Part shown: positions 47,922 through 57,343 of the stretch, one piece after another | Layout: every line of letters begins with the position of its first letter | Numbering within the stretch: position 1 is the stretch's first letter | Notes under the pieces: model-generated | What the model was told of the DNA's origin: nothing | Database searches by the model: none | The model's input: the letters and a program-made list of their open reading frames with translations, nothing else | Source of the DNA: Bacillota bacterium | GTDB lineage: Bacteria; Bacillota; Clostridia; Lachnospirales; Lachnospiraceae | NCBI GenBank assembly: GCA_023439505.1 | Contig: JAEXNR010000051.1 | Coordinates: 35,367-99,366, forward strand | Direction: 5' to 3' | Length of the DNA stretch: 64,000 nt | Made by a program: the position numbers and the translations under genes

Positions 47922-47987
47922 ACTGCCGCAATACGGCAGATGAACTGCCACAGTACGGCAGATGAACTGCCACAATACGGCAGATGG
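47922..47987. repeat. 22-bp tandem palindromic repeat x3 in the echE-echF spacer
   Basis: ACTGCCRCARTACGGCAGATG(A/G) at 47922, 47944, 47966; each contains CTGCC...GGCAG. Confidence 0.9.
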
Positions 47988-47997
47988 AGGCGAGAAT

Positions 47998-48357
47998 ATG
48001 TCAGTATTAAGTATGACAAAGACATTGGTGAAAAGTATTGTTCATGGACCCTATACAAAATTGTATCCAGCAAAAAAGAAGGATTATTACGATCGGACCA
48101 GGGGCAGTGTGGAGATAGTGATAAAGGAATGTATTTACTGCGGACTTTGTGAGCGGCGCTGTCCGACAGGCGCGATTAAGGTGGAAAAGGTAAGATCCGC
48201 CTGGAGTATAGATCGATTAAAATGTATCCAGTGTAATTATTGCGGTGAAGTTTGTCCTAAAAAATGTCTGAACATGGGAAATCAATATACCGTTCCCTCT
48301 ATAGGCAGGATAAGAGATGAGTATGCACGAGTATCCGATTACACAGAGAATCATTGA
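47998..48357 (+). CDS. echF: Ech 2x[4Fe-4S] subunit (NuoI-like)
   Basis: CIYCGLC...CP and CIQCNYC...CP; start at ATG 47998 after GGAGG. Confidence 0.92.
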   Translation: MSVLSMTKTLVKSIVHGPYTKLYPAKKKDYYDRTRGSVEIVIKECIYCGLCERRCPTGAIKVEKVRSAWSIDRLKCIQCNYCGEVCPKKCLNMGNQYTVPSIGRIRDEYARVSDYTENH

Positions 48358-48661
48358 AATTGCACAGGAATATGCCAATCAATACGAAGCGAAAGAGGTA
48401 AAGCAGATTAATCTGGTGGTTGGGGATTACTGCGGATATGTTGCCAGCTCCATTGAATTGTATTTTGAACTTATCGCCAAAGACACTTCCTGTGAACATG
48501 CAAGGCTGACAATTACGCGAGTAAAGCCGATGCTAAAATGCAATACATGTCAGAGACTGTTTCACAGGAAGCCATTTTCCTTCGCATGTCCCCATTGCGC
48601 AGGGGAAGGCAGTCCGACTGAGATTGGAAAAGAGTTTTATATCAAGTCAATTGTGATTTAG
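48323..48661 (+). CDS. hypA: Hydrogenase Ni metallochaperone
   Basis: MHE N-terminus; C..C and CP.C Zn motif; GKEF.I.SI. Confidence 0.93.
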   Translation: MHEYPITQRIIEIAQEYANQYEAKEVKQINLVVGDYCGYVASSIELYFELIAKDTSCEHARLTITRVKPMLKCNTCQRLFHRKPFSFACPHCAGEGSPTEIGKEFYIKSIVI

Positions 48662-48738
48662 AAGAAACATACAGGGTGTGGGATACCGAAAAAATTGTTG
48701 GGTGAATCGACATCTTCGTGTTTCGGTCAGGAGGATTT

Positions 48739-49389
48739 ATGCCGGAAAATAAGGAAATTGAAATCATGGAGTCCGTCTATGATAAAAATAGTGAGGTGGC
48801 GTCTAACATTAATCAGTCTCTGACAATGAGGGGGATTTATGCGATCAACGTAATGGGAGCTCCCGGTTCGGGAAAAACCTCATCCTTAATTCAGATCACG
48901 AAGCGGCTGAAGGATATTACACCCTATGTTATAGAAGGTGATATAGAGGCTGATTTTGATACCAAAGCATTGCAGGCACTTGGGATAGCGGCAATACAAA
49001 TCAATACCGGAGGGGCCTGTCACCTCGACTCACCGCTGATTGGAGAGGCGGTGGACCAGTTAGAGCTGAATAACGGCATACTATTCATTGAAAATATCGG
49101 GAATTTGGTCTGCCCCGCAGAATTTATGATTGGGGAACATGCGAAAATGTTGATTTCTACCATGACTGAAGGGAGTGACAAACCCTATAAATACCCGTTG
49201 GCTTTTGAGAAAGCCGATATTATACTACTGAATAAAACGGATCTTATGCCATATCTTGATTTTGATGAGGATTTCTTTATGAAGGGAGTAAGAGGGGTAA
49301 ATAAAACTGCTCCTGTTTTTAAGGTTTCCTGCAAGACGGAAGAGGGGTTTGATGAAGTAGCCTTATGGATTATGGAAAAAGCAAAATAA
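48739..49389 (+). CDS. hypB: Hydrogenase Ni-insertion GTPase
   Basis: GAPGSGKT, NTGG.CHLD, EN.GNLVCPAEF, EG.DKP.KYP, NKTD. Confidence 0.95.
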   Translation: MPENKEIEIMESVYDKNSEVASNINQSLTMRGIYAINVMGAPGSGKTSSLIQITKRLKDITPYVIEGDIEADFDTKALQALGIAAIQINTGGACHLDSPLIGEAVDQLELNNGILFIENIGNLVCPAEFMIGEHAKMLISTMTEGSDKPYKYPLAFEKADIILLNKTDLMPYLDFDEDFFMKGVRGVNKTAPVFKVSCKTEEGFDEVALWIMEKAK

Positions 49390-51635
49390 CAAAAAAAATA
49401 ACAGTCTACGGTATGGTGCAAGGGGTCGGTTTTCGTCCCTTTGTTTATCATATTGCCCAAAAATATAAGATCAGAGGAACGGTTAGAAATATCGGCGGAG
49501 TGGTAGAAATTATTGCAAGTTCCACCGAGGCCGGGATTGTACGATTCCTGGAGGAATTAAGAACCGGTCCCGGTGAGGGCAGTGAAGTCCTTCAAATCAC
49601 GCAAGAAGATACCATTATGGCTACCTGCGATGATTTTTGCATTATCAAAAGCTCTGAAACCGAAGAAATCTCCATTCTTCCACCGGATCTTCCGGTTTGC
49701 GGCAAGTGTGAAAAGGAATTCGAGGACCGGTATAACCGGCGTTTCCTTCATCCTTTTATCAGCTGCGTTTCCTGTGGCCCAAGGTATACGATAATGGAGA
49801 AAATTCCCTATGACAGAGAGAATACCTCCATGAAGGATTTTGATATGTGTCCCCAATGTATGGAAGAATATAGGACGCCGGGCGATCGAAGATTTCATGC
49901 GCAGACCATCTCTTGTCATGATTGCGGACCCGGCTTAATATTTCGTCATCAAAAGAGGCTGGAGGGGACAATAGAAATCACAGGTGATATGGCTTTTCAT
50001 GAGGCAGTTATCCTTCTGAACAGAGGTGGTGTGATTGCGGTAAAGGGAATTGGGGGGTATCATTTCGTATGTTCTCCGTTTATGGAGGATGCCGTTATCA
50101 ATCTTCGAAAACTAAAGGTGCGAGAAGAAAAACCGTTTGCCGTAATGTTTGAACATATAGAATCCGCTAAGGAATATTGCAGTATAACAAAGGAGGAAGA
50201 GGACCTGCTCTTATCCCGGGCCAGGCCAATTGTCTTATTATATCAGAAGAAGCCCATGCCGGAGGCCGTCACAAAAGGAGGCGTATACTGCGGTGCTTTT
50301 CTGCCTTATACACCGATTCAGATGTATTTATTAAAGCAATGCGGACCGTTGATTATGACCAGTGCCAACTTGTCCGACAGGCGTATTATAAAAGAAGAAG
50401 CAGAACTATTCGATCTGTCCTCCCCTTTTTTGGATGGTGTCTTATACCATCACAGAAGAATTGTACGTTCCGTGGATGATTCTGTCGCAAGAGTGATAGA
50501 TCAAAAGCCTCAACTGCTTCGAAGAAGCCGGGGCTATGTACCATTTCCGGTATATTTACCGGAAGGCGGGAATAAGCTTCAGATCTTTTCCGCTGGTTCC
50601 GATATGAAGGCAGCCTTCTGCCTGTACAGGGGAGGGAATGCGGTGGTATCCCAATATTTTGGTGATCTTGTGGAGGAATCTGTTCTTACGGATTACGAAA
50701 CCTGTGTGGAGGACCTGTCGGGACTTCTTGGGTTAAAACCTGACCTTGCAGTGTGTGATCTGCATCCGGGTTATCATTCCGCCGGATATGCCAGGCGTCT
50801 TGGCATACCGGTACTCTGCGTTCAACATCATCATGCACATATCTGCTCCGTTATGGCAGAGCATGATATCAAAGGAAGGGTCATAGGGATCGCTTTTGAC
50901 GGTACAGGGTACGGCGAAGACGGGAAGCTCTGGGGCGGGGAATTCATGATTTGTGAGGGAGCAGAGTGGCAGCGTGTCGGGCATCTCCTGTATCAGCCAA
51001 TCATAGGAGGGGATGCTTCCATGCGGGATGCAAAAAAGACATCGGTCTGTTTTTTAATAAATTCAGGTTTGTCTGAATATATATGTGATGACAGGAAAGA
51101 AGTAATACAAGCAGCCATTCATCATAAGATAAATACCATCCAAACCTCCAGCATGGGAAGACTGTTTGATGCTGTGGCAGCAATTCTAAATATTAGCGAT
51201 GAAAATTGCTATGAGGGGGCGTGCGCTGTCTTACTTGAGAAGGAAGCACTTCTCGCAAATCAGAGACACCAGGAGCCCCATAGGTTAGACTTTAAAATAT
51301 TAAAAAAAGACGATATGATTATCGTTGATCCGGCACCTCTGTTGAAGGAGCTGTGCCTGAGGAAAGGAAGAATTGACAGGGGTGCGCTGGCACTGGGGTT
51401 CCATCATGCCATTGTACATATGATGGTTGAAGTATGCAGCTTGCTTCGCTCACAGGCAGGAACCAATCAGATTGCATTTTCCGGAGGGGTATTTCAAAAT
51501 TTGATATTAACAGAACTATCTCTCATAAGATTACGGGAAGCAGGATTTGTAGTTTATACAAATTCGGCGGTTCCTCCCAACGATGGAGGAATCAGTCTGG
51601 GCCAGACCTATATTGGAGTGATGAGGCAGCCGTGA
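49365..51635 (+). CDS. hypF: Carbamoyltransferase
   Basis: G.VQGVGFRPF, C..CGPRY, RRFHAQ, QHHHAH, DGTGYG.DG, PPNDGG.SLGQ. Confidence 0.96.
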   Translation: MDYGKSKITKKITVYGMVQGVGFRPFVYHIAQKYKIRGTVRNIGGVVEIIASSTEAGIVRFLEELRTGPGEGSEVLQITQEDTIMATCDDFCIIKSSETEEISILPPDLPVCGKCEKEFEDRYNRRFLHPFISCVSCGPRYTIMEKIPYDRENTSMKDFDMCPQCMEEYRTPGDRRFHAQTISCHDCGPGLIFRHQKRLEGTIEITGDMAFHEAVILLNRGGVIAVKGIGGYHFVCSPFMEDAVINLRKLKVREEKPFAVMFEHIESAKEYCSITKEEEDLLLSRARPIVLLYQKKPMPEAVTKGGVYCGAFLPYTPIQMYLLKQCGPLIMTSANLSDRRIIKEEAELFDLSSPFLDGVLYHHRRIVRSVDDSVARVIDQKPQLLRRSRGYVPFPVYLPEGGNKLQIFSAGSDMKAAFCLYRGGNAVVSQYFGDLVEESVLTDYETCVEDLSGLLGLKPDLAVCDLHPGYHSAGYARRLGIPVLCVQHHHAHICSVMAEHDIKGRVIGIAFDGTGYGEDGKLWGGEFMICEGAEWQRVGHLLYQPIIGGDASMRDAKKTSVCFLINSGLSEYICDDRKEVIQAAIHHKINTIQTSSMGRLFDAVAAILNISDENCYEGACAVLLEKEALLANQRHQEPHRLDFKILKKDDMIIVDPAPLLKELCLRKGRIDRGALALGFHHAIVHMMVEVCSLLRSQAGTNQIAFSGGVFQNLILTELSLIRLREAGFVVYTNSAVPPNDGGISLGQTYIGVMRQP

Positions 51636-51727
51636 GGGAAGATGAAAAAGTCCCCTAAGCAGCATATCATGGAAAAATGGAGCAGTATCTATGAGAACAT
51701 TAAAACAGCTTGGAAAAGAGGGATAGT

Positions 51728-51946
51728 ATGTGTGTGGCCGTACCAGGTAAGATTATCGAAATGAATAATACAACCGCAAAGGTAGACATAATGAACAATA
51801 TATATGAGGCAAATATTCAGCTGGTGAAGGCACAGCCCGGTGATTATGTATTGATTCATGCGGGCTGCGCCATCGAGGTGTTAAAAAAAGAACTGGCAGA
51901 GGAGATACTGGAGATCTTTGCAAATCTTACTGGAGGCTGGGAATGA
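51728..51946 (+). CDS. hypC: Hydrogenase maturation chaperone
   Basis: MCVAVPG, GDYVLIHAG.A. Confidence 0.95.
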   Translation: MCVAVPGKIIEMNNTTAKVDIMNNIYEANIQLVKAQPGDYVLIHAGCAIEVLKKELAEEILEIFANLTGGWE

Positions 51947-53028
51947 TGGAACTTAAGCAGATTATCAATGAGTTGAGAAATTACGAGGGGCCTGATATCA
52001 AAATTATGGAGGTATGCGGAACGCATACCTCCAGTATATTTAAGAATGGTATCAGGAGTCTGATCTCACCCGGGATAGAATTAATTTCCGGGCCCGGCTG
52101 TCCTGTCTGCGTCACATCCTCAGTCTATATTGATCAACTTGTGATGTATTCTCTTAAAGAGGATCACTGTGTTTTAACCTTTGGCGATATGATGAAGGTA
52201 AGAGGCAGCAAACATTCCCTGATATCCGCACAGGCGCTGGGCGGTAAAGTACAGATGATTTATTCTCCGTTGACTGCCCTGCAAATCGCAGCAGAGAGTC
52301 CACAGACGCAATTTGTAGTTGCCGCCGTCGGTTTCGAGACCACGATACCCATCTATGCACTGCTATTGGATGAGATGGAACGGTCAAAGATCAGAAACTT
52401 AAGGTTGTTTACCTCTTTAAAAACCATGATTCCTGTACTTTCTTTTATCTGCGAACAGAAAAACGACATTGATGCATTTCTATGTCCCGGACATGTCAGT
52501 GTAATTACAGGAAGCCATGTTTTTCTTGAACTTGCAGAAAAATATCATAAACCCTTTGTTATAACCGGATTTGAAGGGGAACATATCCTGGCTTCCATTT
52601 ATGAAATTATACAGCAATTGAAGCATACGAAGAGTTATATGACAAATTTATATCAGAGCGTTGTATCAAGGAATGGGAACGAAAAAGCAAGAGAATTCAT
52701 TCGGCGTTATTTTGTAAAAAGCGATGAAGTGTGGAGAGGAATCGGCCTTCTTACCGAATCAGGTCTGCGCATCAGGCCAGAGTACCAGAGATATGATGCG
52801 AAAGACCCGTCGGAAAAACTGCCGGAGGAACCGTCGGAAAAACCAATAGAAAGACAGGAAGAAAAGATGCCGGCGGGTTGTTGCTGCAGGGATGTAATTC
52901 TTGGAAGGGTTCATCCAATCGATTGCCCATTATTTGCAAATGTTTGTACCCCGTTTCAGGCGGTCGGTCCCTGCATGGTTTCAAATGAGGGAGCCTGTAA
53001 AATATGGTACGTGAACAGGGAGGAATAA
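51943..53028 (+). CDS. hypD: Hydrogenase formation protein
   Basis: MEVCGTHT, GPGCPVC, GFETT, PGHVS, GPCMVS.EGAC. Confidence 0.96.
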   Translation: MMELKQIINELRNYEGPDIKIMEVCGTHTSSIFKNGIRSLISPGIELISGPGCPVCVTSSVYIDQLVMYSLKEDHCVLTFGDMMKVRGSKHSLISAQALGGKVQMIYSPLTALQIAAESPQTQFVVAAVGFETTIPIYALLLDEMERSKIRNLRLFTSLKTMIPVLSFICEQKNDIDAFLCPGHVSVITGSHVFLELAEKYHKPFVITGFEGEHILASIYEIIQQLKHTKSYMTNLYQSVVSRNGNEKAREFIRRYFVKSDEVWRGIGLLTESGLRIRPEYQRYDAKDPSEKLPEEPSEKPIERQEEKMPAGCCCRDVILGRVHPIDCPLFANVCTPFQAVGPCMVSNEGACKIWYVNREE

Positions 53029-53031
53029 GAG

Positions 53032-54009
53032 ATGAAGATAGATCTGTCACATGGGAGCGGCGGAATACAAACCAGTAACTTGATCCATGATATTTTCTTA
53101 AAACATTTTCATAATTCCATACTTGATAAATTAGAGGATTCAGCGATTCTTAACGTAAGAGGTAAGATTGCCTATACCACGGATTCTTTTGTAGTCACCC
53201 CCATGTTTTTTCCCGGAGGGGATATCGGTAAAATTGCTGTTTGCGGGACAGTCAATGATTTATCTGTGATGGGTGCGATTCCTAAGTTTCTGACAGCCGG
53301 ATTTATTATTGAAGAAGGGACAGATCTGGAAATTCTGGATCGTATCGCTGCATCCATGGAAAAGGCTGCCAGGGAAGCCAGAGTAAAAATTGTTGCCGGT
53401 GACACCAAGGTGATCGAAGGCAATGGAGGTGTCTATATCAATACCTCGGGAATCGGTGAGGTGGTAAAAAGAGGTGTCAGTATTGCGCACTGCAGGCCGG
53501 GGGATGTGATGATTCTATCCGGTAATCTTGGAGAGCACCATGCCGCAATCTACTCCAAACGTATGGGAATTCAGAATGAGATTCAAAGTGACTGCGCACC
53601 TTTGAACCAAATTGTAACGGAATTGATGAAAGAGAACATCTCCATCCATTGTATGCGGGATGTGACCAGAGGAGGGTTGGCAACCGTGCTGAATGAAATA
53701 TCTGCAGCCTCTGCCTGCAGGGTGGAAATTGAGGAATCCTCTCTTCCCATCAGCAAAGAGATTCGGGGGTTTAGTGATATCTTAGGCCTAGACCCGCTGT
53801 ATATGGCCAATGAAGGAAAAATGATTGTCGTTATACCAAAAAAACAGGCACAACAGGCACTGATGGCAGTTAGAAGGAACAAATACGGAAAAAGGGCATG
53901 TATGATTGGAGAGATTAAGTCCGGTAATAAGGTAGTGATGAAAACAAGGCTGTTGGGAGAGCGGGTAATTGATGTTTTATACGGGGAAGGATTGCCAAGA
54001 ATATGCTAG
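53032..54009 (+). CDS. hypE: Carbamoyl dehydratase
   Basis: HGSGG, TTDSFVV.P.FFPGGDIG, RD.TRGG, C-terminal LPRIC. Confidence 0.96.
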   Translation: MKIDLSHGSGGIQTSNLIHDIFLKHFHNSILDKLEDSAILNVRGKIAYTTDSFVVTPMFFPGGDIGKIAVCGTVNDLSVMGAIPKFLTAGFIIEEGTDLEILDRIAASMEKAAREARVKIVAGDTKVIEGNGGVYINTSGIGEVVKRGVSIAHCRPGDVMILSGNLGEHHAAIYSKRMGIQNEIQSDCAPLNQIVTELMKENISIHCMRDVTRGGLATVLNEISAASACRVEIEESSLPISKEIRGFSDILGLDPLYMANEGKMIVVIPKKQAQQALMAVRRNKYGKRACMIGEIKSGNKVVMKTRLLGERVIDVLYGEGLPRIC

Positions 54010-54274
54010 AACGTTCAAAGCGCGATGCCATCTTACCAATATGGTAAATCAGCGGTTTTCTTGTAAAGCTAAGATACATTTCATTTGGTCGATTTCATGC
54101 TGGTCCTATAAGAAATGGTGTATCATAAGCAAAAATATGGTACAATATAGAAGAGCTTTCAGTGATGGGTATGCAGCTGCGTATTCTGCCCGGTTGTTTT
54201 AGTAACGCAATACTGGTTTTTAATGGGATAATACACTGGAATAATGTAATTATACCACAGGAAGGTTGGATGTT

Positions 54275-54901
54275 ATGGGAATGTTTCAGCAAAACAATGT
54301 AAAGATTAAGAAGGAAGAGAAGGAAAACGGGAATCATTACTTCCTCGATTATTATAGGGATAAGGATCCCCGGGGCTTTGTACAGAAATTGTTAGGCGAT
54401 ATGATAGCAGATCATTGCTGTCTGGCCATTCTTGATACCAATCTGGTATACAAAAGCACGAAGAAGAACGTAGATAAAGAGATGGAGAAGGTAACAGAGC
54501 TATTGGATCACTTCAGCATCGGCTGCCGTAAGGTGGTTACAAAAGGTGAAGCAAGCAGCAGTGTTTTCGGAATTCCGGTAAAGTTAAATAATTCTGAAAA
54601 GGTAAATAATTATATCATTGGATTTGCAGTTTCTATGCAAGATTTAAAGAATATTGGAGATATTATTCATTGCTATAATATTCATTATTATCTATTTCAT
54701 AAAGAAGAGGATTCGGATGAACTTTTAAACCGCTTTCGAGTGTTGAATGGAGATATGATGGAGTGGGACGGTACATTTGAATATGAAATATATCATGATA
54801 ATTTTTTAAGACAGTTTAAAATAACCGCTGATTCGAAACATCAGTCCGAATTGGAGCAAATTTTACTAAGTTATACCAAAAGTATCGGTATCATGAAATA
54901 A
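54275..54901 (+). CDS. Hypothetical soluble protein
   Basis: ~208-aa ORF with no recognised motif; start codon uncertain. Confidence 0.6.
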   Translation: MGMFQQNNVKIKKEEKENGNHYFLDYYRDKDPRGFVQKLLGDMIADHCCLAILDTNLVYKSTKKNVDKEMEKVTELLDHFSIGCRKVVTKGEASSSVFGIPVKLNNSEKVNNYIIGFAVSMQDLKNIGDIIHCYNIHYYLFHKEEDSDELLNRFRVLNGDMMEWDGTFEYEIYHDNFLRQFKITADSKHQSELEQILLSYTKSIGIMK

Positions 54902-55016
54902 TGACAGGAACTTAAGCGATCAGATCTCTTCTTTGCATGATTTAAATGGATCAAATTCATTTCACTGTAAGAAAAAAGAAATTGATGAAAAAAAAGGAGA
55001 AATCGAAAAAGAATGG

Positions 55017-55067
55017 TTGTAATTTATAAGATTTTCTGTTAGTATTAGTTAGTGAAAATATTAACTA
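55017..55067 (+). promoter_or_regulatory. SigA promoter plus Rex-like operator upstream of pckG
   Basis: TTGTAA-17-TAGTAT (extended TG), then TAGTGAA-AATA-TTAACTA (55050-55067) versus Rex consensus TTGT(G/T)AA-N4-TT(C/A)ACAA. Confidence 0.55.
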
Positions 55068-55156
55068 TTGGCAAAAATCATGCTAAATGACATTTGTTAA
55101 TAGCATTGCTTTTGCAATCTAATAGATAACAACTAAATCGAAGGGAGAACTTTGTA

Positions 55157-56941
55157 ATGACAGAAAACAAGAAGTTACAGGATTGGGTACAGGAAATGGC
55201 AGCAATGTGCCAGCCAGACAGCATTTACTGGTGTGACGGTTCTGAAGAAGAAAATGAACGCCTGCTCAAATTGATGGTGGATTCAGGGATGGCTGTGGAG
55301 TTAAAAAAACGTCCGGGCAGCTATTTATTTAGAAGTCATCCATCAGACGTAGCACGTGTTGAGGATAGGACATTTATTGCTTCTAAAACCAAGGAAGAGG
55401 CAGGCCCTACCAATAACTGGGTTGATCCTGAGGAATTGAAAGCAACAATGAGAGAGCTCTATAAGGGAAGTATGAAGGGAAGAACGATGTATGTAATTCC
55501 TTTCTCCATGGGACCTATCGGCTCACCAATCTCTAAGATCGGTGTAGAATTAACGGATAGTCCTTATGTAGTTGTTAATATGAAAATTATGACCCGTATA
55601 GGTACAAAAGTTCTTGAGTCTCTTGGCGATGGAGAATTTGTTCCTTGTCTTCATTCCGTAGGTGCACCTCTGGAAGAAGGACAGGAAGACTCCAGCTGGC
55701 CTTGCGCACCGATCGAAAAGAAATACATCAGCCATTTCCCGGAGGAAAGATTAATCTGGTCCTATGGCTCCGGTTACGGCGGCAACGCGTTATTAGGAAA
55801 GAAATGTTTTGCTCTTCGTATTGCTTCCGTTATTGCTCGCGATGAAGGCTGGTTAGCTGAACATATGCTGATTCTTCGTCTTACAAGCCCAAGCGGCGAG
55901 GTTAAGTATGTTACCGGTGCTTTCCCCAGTGCTTGTGGCAAGACAAACCTTGCAATGCTTGTTCCTACCATTCCCGGCTGGAAAGTTGAAACAATCGGTG
56001 ATGATATTGCATGGATGAAATTTGGTGAGGATGGTCGTTTATACGCAATCAATCCCGAAGCTGGTTTCTTTGGCGTTGCGCCTGGAACCTCTTATGATTC
56101 CAACCCCAATGCAATGCACAGCACCGTAAAAAATACAATATTTACTAATGTTGCTTTGACAGATGACGGCGATGTTTGGTGGGAGGGAATTGGAACACCT
56201 GCACCGGATCACTTAATCGACTGGAAAGGCAATGACTGGACACCTGAATCTAAAGACAATGCAGCTCATCCGAATGCACGTTTTACTGCTCCTGCAAATC
56301 AGTGCCCTGCAATTGCTCCCGAGTGGGAAGATCCTGCTGGCGTACCGATTTCTGCGATCTTAATCGGTGGACGTCGTCCAAGCACAATTCCTTTGGTTCA
56401 TGAGAGCTTTGATTGGAAACATGGTGTATTCTTAGGTTCTATTATGGGATCAGAAATCACAGCAGCAGCTATTTCCAACAATATCGGTCAGGTTCGTCGT
56501 GATCCGTTTGCAATGCTTCCTTTCTTCGGTTACAATGTTTGCCATTATTTACAGCATTGGCTTAATATTGGCGAGAAATCTTCAGAAGATAAATTGCCTA
56601 AGATTTTCTATGTTAACTGGTTCCGTAAGGATAAAGAAGGCAGATGGTTATGGCCAGGCTTCGGCGATAACAGCCGTGTACTGAAATGGATCTTCGAAAG
56701 AACTTCCGGTGAAGGCAAAGCTGATAAGACACCGATCGGTTACATGCCTACAGCTGATGCAATTGATCTTGAAGGTCTGAATATCAGCGATGCTGATATG
56801 AAGGAACTTCTTAAGGTTGAAAAGGAAGAATGGCTGAGAGAAGTGGCTTCTATAAGAGATCACTATGCAAAATATGGCGATGAACTTCCGAAGGAACTTG
56901 CAGCTCAGCTGGATGCTTTGGAAGCAAGATTAAACGCATAA
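55157..56941 (+). CDS. pckG: Phosphoenolpyruvate carboxykinase (GTP)
   Basis: [60 protein letters not shown]. Confidence 0.97.
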   Translation: MTENKKLQDWVQEMAAMCQPDSIYWCDGSEEENERLLKLMVDSGMAVELKKRPGSYLFRSHPSDVARVEDRTFIASKTKEEAGPTNNWVDPEELKATMRELYKGSMKGRTMYVIPFSMGPIGSPISKIGVELTDSPYVVVNMKIMTRIGTKVLESLGDGEFVPCLHSVGAPLEEGQEDSSWPCAPIEKKYISHFPEERLIWSYGSGYGGNALLGKKCFALRIASVIARDEGWLAEHMLILRLTSPSGEVKYVTGAFPSACGKTNLAMLVPTIPGWKVETIGDDIAWMKFGEDGRLYAINPEAGFFGVAPGTSYDSNPNAMHSTVKNTIFTNVALTDDGDVWWEGIGTPAPDHLIDWKGNDWTPESKDNAAHPNARFTAPANQCPAIAPEWEDPAGVPISAILIGGRRPSTIPLVHESFDWKHGVFLGSIMGSEITAAAISNNIGQVRRDPFAMLPFFGYNVCHYLQHWLNIGEKSSEDKLPKIFYVNWFRKDKEGRWLWPGFGDNSRVLKWIFERTSGEGKADKTPIGYMPTADAIDLEGLNISDADMKELLKVEKEEWLREVASIRDHYAKYGDELPKELAAQLDALEARLNA

Positions 56942-56958
56942 TTTATGTGATTATTATG

Positions 56959-56989
56959 AGAGACCGACCCCGAGGGGGTTGGTCTCTTT
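56959..56989 (+). terminator. pckG terminator
   Basis: AGAGACCGACCCC-GAG-GGGGTTGGTCTCTTT. Confidence 0.8.
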
Positions 56990-57153
56990 ACATTAATTTA
57001 CTAAAATGTTAAATGATTGTGAAATGTGCACTTTTCAGACCCAAAATTATATTTGCACTTTAAAAAAAAAGAAAAATATGGTATATTAGAGTTTATGAGT
57101 AATGATATGTAAATTATGATTTTTGTAGTTTCATATAAATAAATGGTTAAATA

Positions 57154-57236
57154 TAAATTATGGATATGATGAGAATTCCTGATTATTTGGGCACCTATGG
57201 GGATTTGAATATGTGGTGCAACCGGCCAATAATTTA
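57154..57236 (+). ncRNA. c-di-GMP-II riboswitch aptamer
   Basis: P1 TAAATTAT/ATAATTTA, GGA after P1, GAATTCCT/GGGGATTT stem, loop TTGGGCAC pairing as a pseudoknot with the 3' GTGGTGCAACCGGC; matches the clostridial class II pattern. Confidence 0.8.
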
Positions 57237-57260
57237 ATGTATTAAATTATTGGTTTTTTT
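57225..57260 (+). terminator. Riboswitch expression-platform terminator
   Basis: GCCAATAATTTAAT-GT-ATTAAATTATTGGTTTTTTT; 5' arm shared with the aptamer P1 3' strand. Confidence 0.8.
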
Positions 57261-57343
57261 GTTGGAAAAATATAGAAGTGGAAAAGTGAAGAGTTATTAA
57301 ATGACTGGGAGATTGAATTGTTGGAGAGGGCATGGAGGTTAGT

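Noticed and set aside
47922..47987. Mini-CRISPR
   Set aside because: Palindromic units are directly tandem with no spacers.
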